64,000 nt of DNA. It comes from Eledone cirrhosa. Taxonomy: Eukaryota. A program made the position numbers and the translations under genes. The notes beneath the pieces are model-generated. The model worked only from the letters and a program-made list of their open reading frames with translations, made no database searches and was not told the DNA's origin. The stretch lies in contig OZ024743.1 in NCBI GenBank assembly GCA_964016885.1, positions 96,720,001 to 96,784,000 of the forward strand, written 5' to 3'. Below are positions 52,037 to 64,000 of this stretch, piece by piece. Positions within the stretch are counted from its first letter, which is position 1. Each line of letters opens with the position of its first letter.

Positions 52037-52676
52037 GTATGTGAATCAAATATTTTTTTGGTGTTAACAATTAATTAAATCATGACAGTGAAACCCAGTG
52101 AATTAGCTGCATTTCAAAAATAAAAGAATACAACAATAGAAACTCTTGTAAATTTCAAAGGCTAAACACTTTAAATTACTAGAATTTCAAAGAATAACCT
52201 CGAAGGAGTAGATACATTAGAGCCAATTTTCTTATGTCTATTTAACAGTACACTGAAGTTCTTGAATTGTCTATGCCTGCTGGTAAGTTTGGTTGGTTAG
52301 GGAGGAGGTAGGGGAAAATCAACTCAAATTAATGGAAATCCAGCTGAAAGACTGTATGTACATATGTATTTATTTATGCTGGATACACACATATATGCAT
52401 GGCTGGATACAAACACACACATGCACAAACACACAAATACCTACATGGGCACACGCAAAACACAGGTATACTTTTACAAATAGGAGAAACAGAACTGAAA
52501 AAATAAAACAGAGTATTTATAATCTTTCTACTATTAGACAGGGTTCTAGTCACTCAAAGGTATAGAGCTTTGTGCCAATTCTTTATACATATATATATAT
52601 ATAGTAATAATAACTTTAATCTGTTATTTTAATAAATACACACACACACACATATATATTTATACATATACACACG

Positions 52677-53133
52677 ACCGTGACCTCTGGCGTCACGCAG
52701 TAATACAGAGTACCCGACCTCCCATGGGTACAAGCTGAAGCATATAGACAATATACCCCCACAACTGACACACAACCATGACCTCTGGCGTCACGCAGTA
52801 ATACAGAGTACCCGACCTCCCATAGGTACAAGCTGAAGCATATAGACAATATGCCCCCACACCCTCCCACTGCAAGGTGGTCGTGGAAGTGCCACGGCAA
52901 AAAAGCACCCAGCCCACACTGTAAAGTGGACGTGTAGGCGCCACGGAAAAAGCACCCAGCACTCACTGTAAATGAGGTTGGTGTTAGGAAGAGTATCCAG
53001 CTGTAGAAACCAAGCCAAAATCAGTTCCTGTATCAGCAAGACAAGGTCAGCCGAGCAGACACTGCTCACAACAGGACAACCCGTCTAACCCATGCTAGCA
53101 TGGAAGAACGGACGTAAAATGGTGATAATGATG

Positions 53134-53140
<7 letters not shown>
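52677..53140 (+). repeat. 98-bp tandem duplication fused to the 3' half of a SINE
   Basis: tgacctctggcgtcacgcagtaatacagagtacccgacctccc at 52681 and 52779, followed by SINE body and (GAT)n(GA)n. Confidence 0.75.
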
Positions 53141-53170
<30 letters not shown>

Positions 53171-54599
53171 ATATTTATATAAATACATCTCTGTAATACC
53201 TTTCCTTAACTCGTCATTATCATCATTTTTACATTCATTTTTCCATGGTTTGGAACAAATATTTTCAATATCGTAGGTTGCGTTAGTCATGGCTTTTTGG
53301 CAGATGTTTTATAGCCAGATGCACTTCCTATTAACAACCACTGTAAAGCAAAGATTGGGGGCATTTCATCATGTGACCAGCACTAAAGAGGTTGTCTGTC
53401 AAGACTTAATTATTCCTCTACCCTATATCTGCTTTAATTCATAGTAACTGCTTTCATAGATGGGATGCACATAGTCAGAATTTTTCTGGTGAAATACACT
53501 ACACCCATTTGAGTGTGCTTTGACTGGTATTTCTAACAGGTCCAGTGAATGAAAATAAACTGTATTAGAGTTGAACTGTTAAGTTAAAGGATAAAAACTT
53601 AGTCAAATGGAAAGATACATACACATATATATGCTCACACTCAAAAAGTCACATACACTCATACATGTATATCTGCATATGCATTGTATAACTTGTGATG
53701 TACCTTTCCGGAATCCCAGAAACCTACCTAAGATTTTTATCAATTTCTATGAGTTCTTATCTAGCCGAGATGGTCTAGGTTAGTCTCCTACCTGTTTGTA
53801 TTTATCATTGTTGTGGTTATAAACTATGGCCACATACACTTGGTCCTTTTATTTTTGGTGTCACACTTTCTTAACTTTGTGTTTACCCTGGACGAAAATA
53901 TATTAACTTTGACCATCTCAAACAATTCGACTGGTATTTACCTTTCATTTGATTCGGTTTCAAAGAGAAATGAAGAGAAAATTAAGTGAAGATAGGAAAA
54001 TACAAAAGCTACGTCAGTCCAGATTGGGGAAAATATTTTTGAGTTTCAATTGAAGGCAGGAGGAAAAATAAGAAAGGAAGAATGAGAGAACCGTAAGCAA
54101 AGTTATGTGACATGAAGTATAATGTGAATAAATGGAACATAGATAGTTGGAAAGAAGACAAGCATTTTACATACTTTTGACATTTCAAATAAGCCAGATG
54201 AATAAGAATGGGGTTTTATTTTATCTTTGTTGCACTTATAAACATGTATGAAGTGTGAGGGTGGTGATGAATATGTTTTTTAATTAAGTACAATGCGATT
54301 TTTTATAAAGGTGTTATACAGTAGGATACATTGACATGAGTATATCAGAAATGGAAATAAATACCGTATTACATATATTATGCTACTCTAATACCTTGGA
54401 TATGTTGGCTATTTTGATGTACAAATCCTCCTTGCCACAAAAATGTTTTTTTTTTCCTTACAAGACAAAAGAATTCTAGCACCACCCACTTACAAAAAAG
54501 AACCAACATCATCAATAAGTTCATTAGTTAGAAATTCTGTGCTATGATTCCTTCTACTAGAAATAGGGGCAAAATAACAGAAACTGTGACACTTCCTTT

Positions 54600-56060
54600 T
54601 CTGCAGTTCCTTTTTATTTGGAATTTCTGGCACTTCTTTACCTAATGCTCATCATTTATACACATAATGTATCCATACCAGTACAGTCTTCTCTCTTGCA
54701 CAGTGCATTTGATTCATCTTGTGCCCAGTTTTGTCTTCAACTCATATGTGCTTTGCTATGCATGCACTCTAATGTAGCACATATAATGAAACATGTTAGG
54801 TTTATTTCCTTCTAACCTCTGCACAGCCTTTGCATTTAAAGCCTATGTTTCACTCTCATGCAACATTGTACTTCATACACAGGTATCATATAATCTATTC
54901 TTCACTCAAAGAAAGAATCCCTTTGTTGCCAGCAGAAGTAGTAACTCTCTGAACCTTTCCCATGCATTCTTATTTTGACTGCTATGTTTTCAGAACACTC
55001 TCTTCCACTGCTAATTTGTTCACCTGGGTAAGAAAATCAATTAACTACTTCTATCAAGTGTTCAGTGTATTGGAAAGAGTTTATTTCACTGGTGCTCTTA
55101 CTGCTAACTACTGACTACTCCTCACAGAAAATCGTTTTTCTCTGTTAGTTTGCTTGTGCATCAAAAGTTTATGATGGATGCACTGTATGAAGTCCCTACC
55201 TACTCTTTTCCTGTAAATTAAGCACAGCCATTCTCCAGATGATAGCATGATCGTGTCTTCTTTCCTCCTTTCTAAATTTCTTAAGGACCATCAGACAACA
55301 GATCAAGTTACTCTGCCAAAGGTCTTCTCCAGATCAATGAAAATTAGATATAGTGGCTTACCCTCAAATAGGAATTGTTTGTGTAGTTGTCTCACTATCG
55401 ATGGCACTTTTTTCTTGTACAAAAGAAAATTGAATCTCGTTTAATTTGATTATTACTTATGTTAAGGCTCTTTCTCCAGTTTTCATAACTTGACTCATTA
55501 GTCTATTGCTTCTGTAATTGCTCCCTTCTTGAGTATCACCTTTTCCCTATTTCAAATCCCTGATGGGTTCTGTGACCATATAACTGTCAAGTTCAATAGC
55601 TGGCCCCCACAGTTGGTTCAACTAGTACAGTTCCTCTTCCTTCTATTCTTTCCATACATTAAACAACCTCATATTGTAACATTTCCAAGCCTCTTTCTCC
55701 TGAGCATTAGTGAGGCTAAGTGCACCAGAGTCATTTCAGACAGACCTTTCCCTAACAAAATCTTGATTTACACTGATACATTGCTTTGCACTGAAGAACA
55801 TCTTGGGCCTCTGATCCTCATGTTGCAAGACATTGGTAAACCTCTTGCTTTCAGCTTCCCTACAGGCTATGTAAATCTTCCATCTAGCTTATCTTCTAGC
55901 TGCTACTTGAGATTGTCTTTGCTAACCCCTTCCTTCTAGGGTTTCTATGCCCATCTCTTAGGTTTTATGGCTATACCTACAATAATATTTCACCTCCTAG
56001 TCACATTTTGTATGGCTGCTACCTTGCTCTAGCCATAGATCTCATCAGTAGTTCTTGATA
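54600..56060 (-). mobile_element. Highly degenerate RTE LINE
   Basis: Minus strand retains RT-like segments (FIDLEKTFGRV...VWWSLR, WERFRELLLLLATKGF). Confidence 0.75.
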
Positions 56061-56760
56061 TACAAAAGTACAGAATGGTCATAGCTGGATCACCTTTTAA
56101 TCTTTGGTCTGCTTGCCTAGTGTTATCTTATGGTAGCAACAACAATAATGACTACCACAACAACAACACACACAATACAAAACTTAAGTAAAATAATATT
56201 CAGCTAAGAATAGAAAAATAAAGGTATATTTTAATTAGGGTTTCTATTTGTGAAAACTTATTGGAATGTTCCTAATGACCCCCTTAACACACTCCCAATA
56301 CTATTCATACCAAACAGAGGGGAGGGTTGTTTTTTTTGTCCTTTTTTACAAAGACTTTTACACTGAACATGTTCTGTGTTAAACGTTTAATTGGAAATCT
56401 TATCCTCTAAACAAACTGACATTTTCTAACACTGTACTTTCAAAGGTTACAACAAGCAGTAACTCATTCTAAGGCTCCCCGAAAAAAAAAAAAAAAATCC
56501 TCTTTCTTTGTGTTGAAAGATAAACAAATTCAAAAACCAAAAAGCACCCTCCCAAACAAAAAACAAAAACATAAAAATAAAACAAACAAAAACAAAGAAT
56601 AAAAAGCAACGATTTTGTCCAGATCCCACATCAAATAAGCTTAATGTTTAAGAGTAGTAACATCCCTTTAGTTTATTCTATAATCTTTAAGATACCTGTC
56701 TTAAGCAATCATGTTGGCATGGTCACATGATCATCCCATTAGCAAAGTAGTGTTGTTAAA

Positions 56761-56977
56761 CCCTTTAGCATTCACATTACCCTATATATACTATTATATT
56801 TACCTCGCATAATTATCTCACATAATTATCTCACATAATATCGAATCTATGAGATTTTGAAAGTATTTATTTTGAGAACAATACCTTAACATCAGTTTGA
56901 GCGACCTGTTACAGCCAGTTTTAACAGAAAGAGGTAGAGAGTTCTGGCTGGTGTTGGCCAGTTTGAACATTAAAGGG
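56761..56977. mobile_element. TTAA-family MITE
   Basis: ccctttagcattc...taaaggg|ttaa. Confidence 0.8.
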
Positions 56978-57169
56978 TTAAAGTAACAAAATATTCTTAT
57001 ATTTCATACTTTTTGCTGGGTTGAGTCATTTTCTATTTGAAAAACAATAGGTATTTCAACTACATATATTTTTATTTGTTTGTTTTTTTCATTCCATATA
57101 CGTTTCCATTCTTTTTGCTTTTTCTCATTTTCTCTTTATTGTCTAGATGTATATATGTGTGTATATATG

Positions 57170-58025
57170 TGGAATTACCTTTTTGGGGTATCGGTGCTTT
57201 TCCTGATATTCCCCATTCCTCAGGCCTGTGATCTTTAAAGTTTTCAATGCAGAAATCTCTTAGAAACTTGTGAGCTTTGGGTAGTTTCTATAGGTATATA
57301 GTTAGGCCATCAAGTTCAGGAGATTTGCCTGATTTCATTGACTTTAGTACAATGGCCACTTCTTTTACAGGGAATTCAGCAATCGTTATCTCTGGATGGA
57401 CTTCAAATAGTTGATCAATCACTTTGTCTGACTCACAATGATTGTCATCTGATAGGAATTTGTGAAAGTGCTCTTTCCAAGTCAAAGGTGGACTTCTCTT
57501 AGACATATACCATATTTTTCCTCTTCTTTTTATCAGAAAGTTATTTTATCAGTTTCCAAGCTTCTTCAGAGGTGTTGTTGTTCCTATTCTCAAAATCAAC
57601 CACGTTTTGATTGATTCTTTCATCCTCCAGATGGACGAAAGTAGAGCACTGAATTTCTGGTGATGTGCATCTGAAACTGCAGATTTGAAGGTATTGCTGC
57701 TGACTGTAACCATTGTTCTAATTTCCACAGTGGGTGTGACATGATGAGAGCATATTTTTAGGTTTTTCTCACTCACTAGCTCAAAGATTTACAATAGGAT
57801 GATCCTGAATAGAATCAGACTATGCTTTGACAACCTTCTACATTCCAGCAAAAATGGATTTCAGCCATCTCACTCAACTACCTCACACACATTGGCTATA
57901 GGAAGGATTGTTGAGCAGTTACGGAATCCCAAGAAAGGGGCAGCAGTTGTATTCATAGACTTCAAGAAATCTGTTGATTCAATCAACTAAAAGAAGAATA
58001 TCAAAATTCTTCTTGTATGGGACAC
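57170..58025. mobile_element. Old LINE RT fragments in opposite orientations
   Basis: Minus: MKSGKSPELDGL...PEEWG...PKKG. Plus: KIYNRMILNRI...KNGFQ...STT...FIDFKKSVDSI. Confidence 0.7.
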
Positions 58026-58197
58026 CTCATCCTCCACTCATAGTGTTTCTTTATTATCTCTGTGAGCATTTTGGGATCAACTCAAAACGTTCCAGCAGCT
58101 GGCATCTTTTAAGTTTCAAATAAGTTGCAGTGTAACTGTGTCAGTTGCAAACAGTGTAATGAAAATGTTGACACAAAGAAATAAATTATATATTTAA

Positions 58198-58394
58198 TCC
58201 TTTAGTATTTAAACTGGCTGTATCCGTCCAGAATTATATCACCTCTTTCTGTTCAAAGCAGTTATAACTGGCTGCTCATACTGATGTTAAGGTATTATTC
58301 TCAAAATAAATAATATCAAAATGATATTATGTGAGGTAAAATGTTTACCATGAAAATATGATAGTATATATAGAGTAACATACATGCTAAAGGG
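58198..58394. mobile_element. TTAA-flanked MITE
   Basis: ttaa|tcctttagtattt...tgctaaaggg|ttaa. Confidence 0.8.
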
Positions 58395-59078
58395 TTAAAG
58401 TGAATTTAACAGTTTTGCGTGTTTTTGAATGGCAACACCAAAATTCTTTAATACTGTTGACATACCAATTTTGATGGTGTGTTGAAGAAATGTTGCATAA
58501 ATTCTTCATTCTGAAAACTGTGCCCCAGTATCGCCACAATCTGATGACTAAAAAAATATTTATGTTACTTGGATTAATTAATTCATTTGTCATTTAATTA
58601 ACTTTTTTTTAGGAAATATGTAAATATATCTAGAAAACTTATTTGTATGTGCATGGCATGATTCTCCAATCTGTCCAGTCTTAAATCATGATGACCCATA
58701 TTCCCCATGCTAACATGGGAAATGGATGTAAAATGTTGATGATGAGGAAGATTGTGATTTCCATGATAGTTACACTATCTATTCTTAGTTATTTGGTATA
58801 GAATCAATACACCTTTGTACCATTGTGAGACATCCTTGTTGGCTTAGATTAATGGTTGAACATCAATCAGTTATGAACAGATTTCAAAATTATATTGTAT
58901 TGATTCTGTTTGTCAAGAATTCACATTTTCTTTTATCAATGATTTTTGTTTTGTCATGTATTTTTTCCTTCAGATTTTCTCATCTTCTTATTGCCATTTC
59001 TTTCTTGTGAGAAAACCTATCAAGATTTCCAGATTTGACTAACATCTCTTAACAATTTTTCATTCCCAATCATTTCAG

Positions 59079-59160
59079 GGTAGATAAAAAACGAGACAAA
59101 TTAGAGAGAAAAGTGTTGGATAGTCAAGAAAGAGCATTCTGGGATGTGCATAGACCTGTG
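59079..59160 (+). CDS. RGS7: RGS7-like internal exon (DHEX), 82 bp
   Basis: tttcag acceptor, gtatgt donor. Encodes (K)[27 protein letters not shown], phase 2 to 0. Confidence 0.96.
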
Positions 59161-59634
59161 GTATGTTTAAGTTATTATTATTGTTGTTGTTCACTGTTGT
59201 TGTTCACTGAACTCCACAAAGAAGATATTTTCCATTATTACCTTATGAAAAAAGTTATTTTTTTAGTTCTTTTTACTACTAAAAGGCCTCAAAACATTTG
59301 AATGTCCACTGCATTATATAGGATAGAGGAAAAGTTTGTCTATAGACATGTTAAACTCTTTTGTATTTTTGACATTTACAAAATTCTTTGAGTATTGCTA
59401 AATGGCTGCCTCAGTGCCAACAGCACTAGAGGCTCCTTATGGTCAAGAAACTGAGAGATCTCCTCTTTTTTTCAAAGGACTAACCAAAGACTATGTCGTA
59501 TTGTAGTGATGGGGTTGAAATGGAGCTTGGAGGACAGTGGAAAACCACCAATAAAAGAAAAAGAAGAGAAAAGGCATGATCCTGGACTAAAGGCTGAAGA
59601 GAAACGGAAGATCCCTCAAAAGCAGGTGCTTATC

Positions 59635-59740
59635 CCCACAGGGTACCTATTTCCACAGGGTACCTATACATATGGGTGCCTATACACATGAGTGCCTATA
59701 CACATGGGTGCCTATATACATAGGTGATTATCCACATGGG
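59635..59740. repeat. 16-bp minisatellite (about 6 copies)
   Basis: Unit approximately cacatgggtgcctata. Confidence 0.75.
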
Positions 59741-59967
59741 GTGTCGAGCAGTACAGTGTACTCAGCCTCAGAGGTAACTTGCTCTGCAGGGTTCTTAGCC
59801 ATATGGAGTGCCAAGCCCTATAAGATGCTTAACTCCATCATGTATCTATCAAAACAGGGTGCCTACCTCCATGGTGTAACCAACCACTTGGGTACCTAGC
59901 TCACTACATCAATTAATTGTTTACAAATCTAGTTATAGGCTTAATATTTTCTAAAAAGAAGGAATTA

Positions 59968-60400
59968 ATGGCCAGTAGCTCTTTAACATAGTGGTTAATG
60001 CACCTGCCTGGCACCCTAGAGATGCAGGGTTCAATTCCTAACTGCTGCTTCTCTTTACATTTTCCCATCTCCAGAAGTATTTTACCTGATTTTCTCAACT
60101 ATTATTCATACTGATTGACTATTATTATCGTCATTAGCATTTGATTGCACACATTTAACATTCCTCCAAATCAACCACTTTATTTACACTTCTAGCTACA
60201 AGTGTAAATTCTTCTAAAAAGACAGATTTGGTGGCCAGTATTTCTTTAGTGTAGTGGTTAATGCACATGCCTGGCATCCAAGAGGTGTGAGGTTTAATAC
60301 TTCACAGGCACCTCTGTCCACTTATTTCCATCTCCAGGGTTACTTTCTTCTCAACTGTTTACTATGATTATGGTCATTTGCATTGGGATGCACACACTTC
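59968..60400 (+). repeat. Two diverged tandem copies of a tRNA-headed repeat
   Basis: tggccagta...tagtggttaatgcac.tgcctggca at about 59970 and 60232. B box ggttcaattcc in the first copy. Confidence 0.6.
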
Positions 60401-60424
60401 TAATTTCAAATTCTCCCAATGCTT

Positions 60425-60479
<55 letters not shown>

Positions 60480-60669
60480 GCTCACATGTTTTATAACCCT
60501 TTTCGTATGACATGTTTTGTATTGTGTAGAACCCAGTGGTCAATAAATCAATGATTATTGTTATTATTGCTTTTATTTTCTTTTGATCCTCATATATTCC
60601 TATACTATCTCTCTTTATGTCAGATAAACCATTTGAAACAACTATAGTCCAACCATTAAATATGTATAG

Positions 60670-60710
<41 letters not shown>

Positions 60711-61659
60711 TCCCCTTTATTATATATTCTTTTACTGGTTCCAACCAATCAGCTGTGACCATGCTCTGTGTATTTATATAACTGGCTTAATGTAAACAGC
60801 ATTTTTAGGGATTTACATTTTTTCATAGATATTGAAAATTAATCCTTTTAACAAAAACATTTTACTTTTTTTTTTACTTTTTAATGCAGTGTTTCATATG
60901 ATTTTTTTCCCAATGTTTGCACAAGTTGGATGGTTTTAGAAAAGATTGACATTTGCATGCAGTTTAAAAATTGTTTTTCATAGCTGAATGCCTTTTCTAC
61001 CATTCAAATATGTACTGGAAGGGAAACCTGTTGAGATCCAGGTAAACTTAATGTACAACATTATGACTGGTTTGGACTTGCAATTATATAATCAATAGTC
61101 CTGTATCTTAACTCCATATTCTCAATAGGTCATGACTATATGGTGGAAATATGTGGATTCAAGATATGTAAAAAGGTTTAATGCTATACAAATGAATTGT
61201 TTATGAATGTACTGTCTATATCTTTTGCTGTAAAAGGATTTTATGGCATTTCAAATTAAAAAAAATATACAAAAAATAATAGGGGAGAATATTTTTGTAT
61301 GACCAAATTACACAATATTTTTGAAATAATTCAGGATTTAAATTTAAATTTTTGAAAATGTAAAAATATTTTGTAAAACTCCAAATAAGGTAAACATTTT
61401 AAACAACAAAAGTCATTAAAAGCAAAAGGGGTAAAATTTTAAATGCAAGAAAAAATAAAAAATGATCTTTAGCTATTTTCCTACCAATCTGCCCACCTCT
61501 TTATCGATGAAACAAATCCACCCATTTTAAAGGGGTCCAACTTAAATTAAAACCTTCTAACATAATCTTATTTAAAAACATTTTGTTATGTTGCAAATAT
61601 CAACTTGTTAAAATTATAATTTTAGTAAGTATTTGCCAAATTCCTCATTAATTACTTAA

Positions 61660-61836
61660 CTCTTTAGCATTCACATTACTCTATATTTACTATTGTATTT
61701 TCACAGAGAAGGCTTTATATTACATAATTATTTCACATAATATCGAATCTATGAGATTTTAATATTATTTATTTTGAGAACAATACCTTAATGTCAATAT
61801 GACTTGCCAGATATGGCCGGTTTAAATGCTAAAGGG
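61660..61836. mobile_element. TTAA-flanked MITE (internally deleted)
   Basis: ttaa|ctctttagcattc...aaatgctaaaggg|ttaa. Confidence 0.8.
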
Positions 61837-62459
61837 TTAAAGTATAAAGTATGTTATTATAAATATGACAACAAATGGGTTACAAGTAATTGCATGATGC
61901 CTACTTTTACTTTTTTTTTTTTGTACTTGATATATTTATAAAAGATCATATTCCACAATGTTTCTACAATACAGTGATAGAACACAACGTTGAACTAATG
62001 AGAGAAGTTTTACAAGTCAACTGGAGAGGAGCCACTAAATAGCTACTCACTGTTAGAATTAGCAGCTAAACCCCCTTCAAATCATTTATTACCAAAGGCA
62101 TCAAGCATGCTAATATAACATGTGTTTAGCCATCTCTCCCTTTCACATCCTCCCTCAACATGTAGCTCTCAATTTCCCCTCTTATTCATATTTTCCCTAC
62201 AGATATTGGCTCAGATGTTCAAAATGTTCACTGACAACATTAACTTCACCTCTTCTAGAGGGCCGGTAAAAGTCCACTCTACTGATTAGTTAATTAAAAT
62301 AATAATTATGTGCATTCTAAATTGACTACTGTCATATTCTTTAGTCTTTCTATCTATATTTTTTAAAACTATATTTCTACAGATGGAAATCTATTTGCCT
62401 GTGTCAGTGTGATTCTAACATTACCTTTCCATTTTTTTGTTTTTTGCTTTGTTTTATAG

Positions 62460-62534
62460 CCTGGTTGTGTAAATACTACTGAAGTAGATATCAAAAAGGC
62501 ATGTCGAATGAACAGACATTCAAAAATGACAAGG
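62460..62534 (+). CDS. RGS7: RGS7-like internal exon (DHEX-GGL linker), 75 bp
   Basis: ttttatag acceptor, gtaagt donor. Encodes PGCVNTTEVDIKKACRMNRHSKMTR, phase 0 to 0. Confidence 0.94.
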
Positions 62535-64000
62535 GTAAGTAAAAAAGCTTCTTGTTACACATGATTATCAGTAGATATAGAGGTGAAGAGTATGAATAAT
62601 GGATCTGACTGTAAGGAGTAAGTATGGAGTTGGTGTGGTGAATGCAAAAATTGATATGAGTAAATAGATCTGAAAAGTTAATCTTAAATGAAATATTTTT
62701 GAAAAATGAATATCTAAATTCAGGAAATTAGCTTAATATTGAGAACTGACAATTAATTTTGATTGAGAGACATTAATGAGCTTTTAAATATACTGAAGTT
62801 GTACTTCGTTCTTTGACAGATATTATGGTTTATTAAGAATGACTGAATGAATGAAGGCAGTTTGAAATAACTATAATTTTAATAAGTGGTGTAGCTCAAA
62901 TCTTGAGATTAATACAAATATTGAACTATAAATTAGAATACAGACAATTGAATGTTCTGTTTATTGTTTGGATTTAACTCATACTTTTAATGGATTATCT
63001 ATTTATTTAAGGGATAAACATTGCATTTTAGGTTTGGATATTTATTTTCTATTTTAAAGCACTGAATTTTTTTTTTAATGAGTAGCGATCACAATTTGAT
63101 ATATTATTTAGAAGGAATGTACTTTCTTAATTGGAATGAAATTTACCCTTTTTTCTAATCTTCATTTCTAATATGTATGCCATTTGCTTTTTGAACTCAT
63201 TGTTCTAACCATTAAATTTATAATCACTCCTTTATTTTCCTTTGCTATTTTCATCTTCCAATCATCTAAATGTCTCTTGTTTTTTAATAATTTCTCATAT
63301 ACCTATGAAAATTACTTTATCTTTAGGGCTCATTGCACTGGCTGTATCTTCTTTCCTGTCACAATGATTTTTATCAAGGCTTCTGTATGTAAATGTATTT
63401 TTGATATTTCACATTTCAGACAAATTATCTTCTTTGACAACATAGAAATAGGTAGCTCCAATGCTGTACCAGTTTAAAAAAAAGATATCTACCTGTCCAT
63501 GTAAACATTTATTACAGTCATGTTCTAATGGAAACTGCAGTGCTAGCTACCAGTCATACCACAGTCCAGATAATAGCTAAGGACAGAAAAAAACAAAACA
63601 AGGTAAAAGGACACACTAGTACAGATCTGATTCACCTATGCTAGCATGCTAAAATGGACATTAAAGTGTTATTGCTACTGCTGCTGACAAATTGTTGCTG
63701 TCCTGGTCGCTAGTTGCTATTTCGTATTGTTACTATTTTATCTACCTAATGCCTTACTTCTACCACTACCATCACTATCACCACACCTTGCCCTTATACA
63801 ACCATGTAGAAGTGTGTAGTTGAGAATGATAATGCACAATGCAATCTGAGTAAAACCTTTCATGAGTTGGTGTTTGATGGTAGCTAGTTCTATGGTAAGC
63901 TGAGGAATACTTGGAATTATATTAAATTTCTTTTAAAACAGTTAGGGTGTTGAAAAGTATTCTTCAAAGACAAAATGGCTGACAGGAAACAAAATTCTGA

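Overview
AT-rich, microsatellite-rich eukaryotic (animal) DNA, not prokaryotic. The SINE/LINE/MITE repertoire resembles a coleoid cephalopod (octopod), which is my inference and not a database result. The only host gene I can support is an R7-family RGS gene (RGS7/RGS6/EGL-10 type) on the + strand. Five GT-AG exons (18110-18216, 44060-44111, 51895-52036, 59079-59160, 62460-62534) splice in frame into the DEP-DHEX region, and the gene runs off both ends of the window. The rest is intron packed with mobile DNA: a near full-length Tx1/L1-clade LINE in an (AAT)n tract, two 2.4-kb RTE LINEs plus fragments, an R4/Dong-like RLE retrotransposon in (TA)n, Penelope-like GIY-YIG remnants, a mariner fragment, about ten TTAA-flanked MITEs, two or three tRNA-derived SINE families and several minisatellites. 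The most notable observations are: (1) a type I hammerhead ribozyme on the pre-mRNA strand inside a fold-back element, (2) a Cys4-His-Cys3 PHD-like finger inserted inside the RTE reverse transcriptase, (3) two apparent LINE/SINE partner systems, one a possible Tx1/SINE pair targeting ATTATT, and (4) a 2.4-kb minisatellite built from the Pol III A-box of a SINE. All coordinates and alignments were read by eye and no searches were run.
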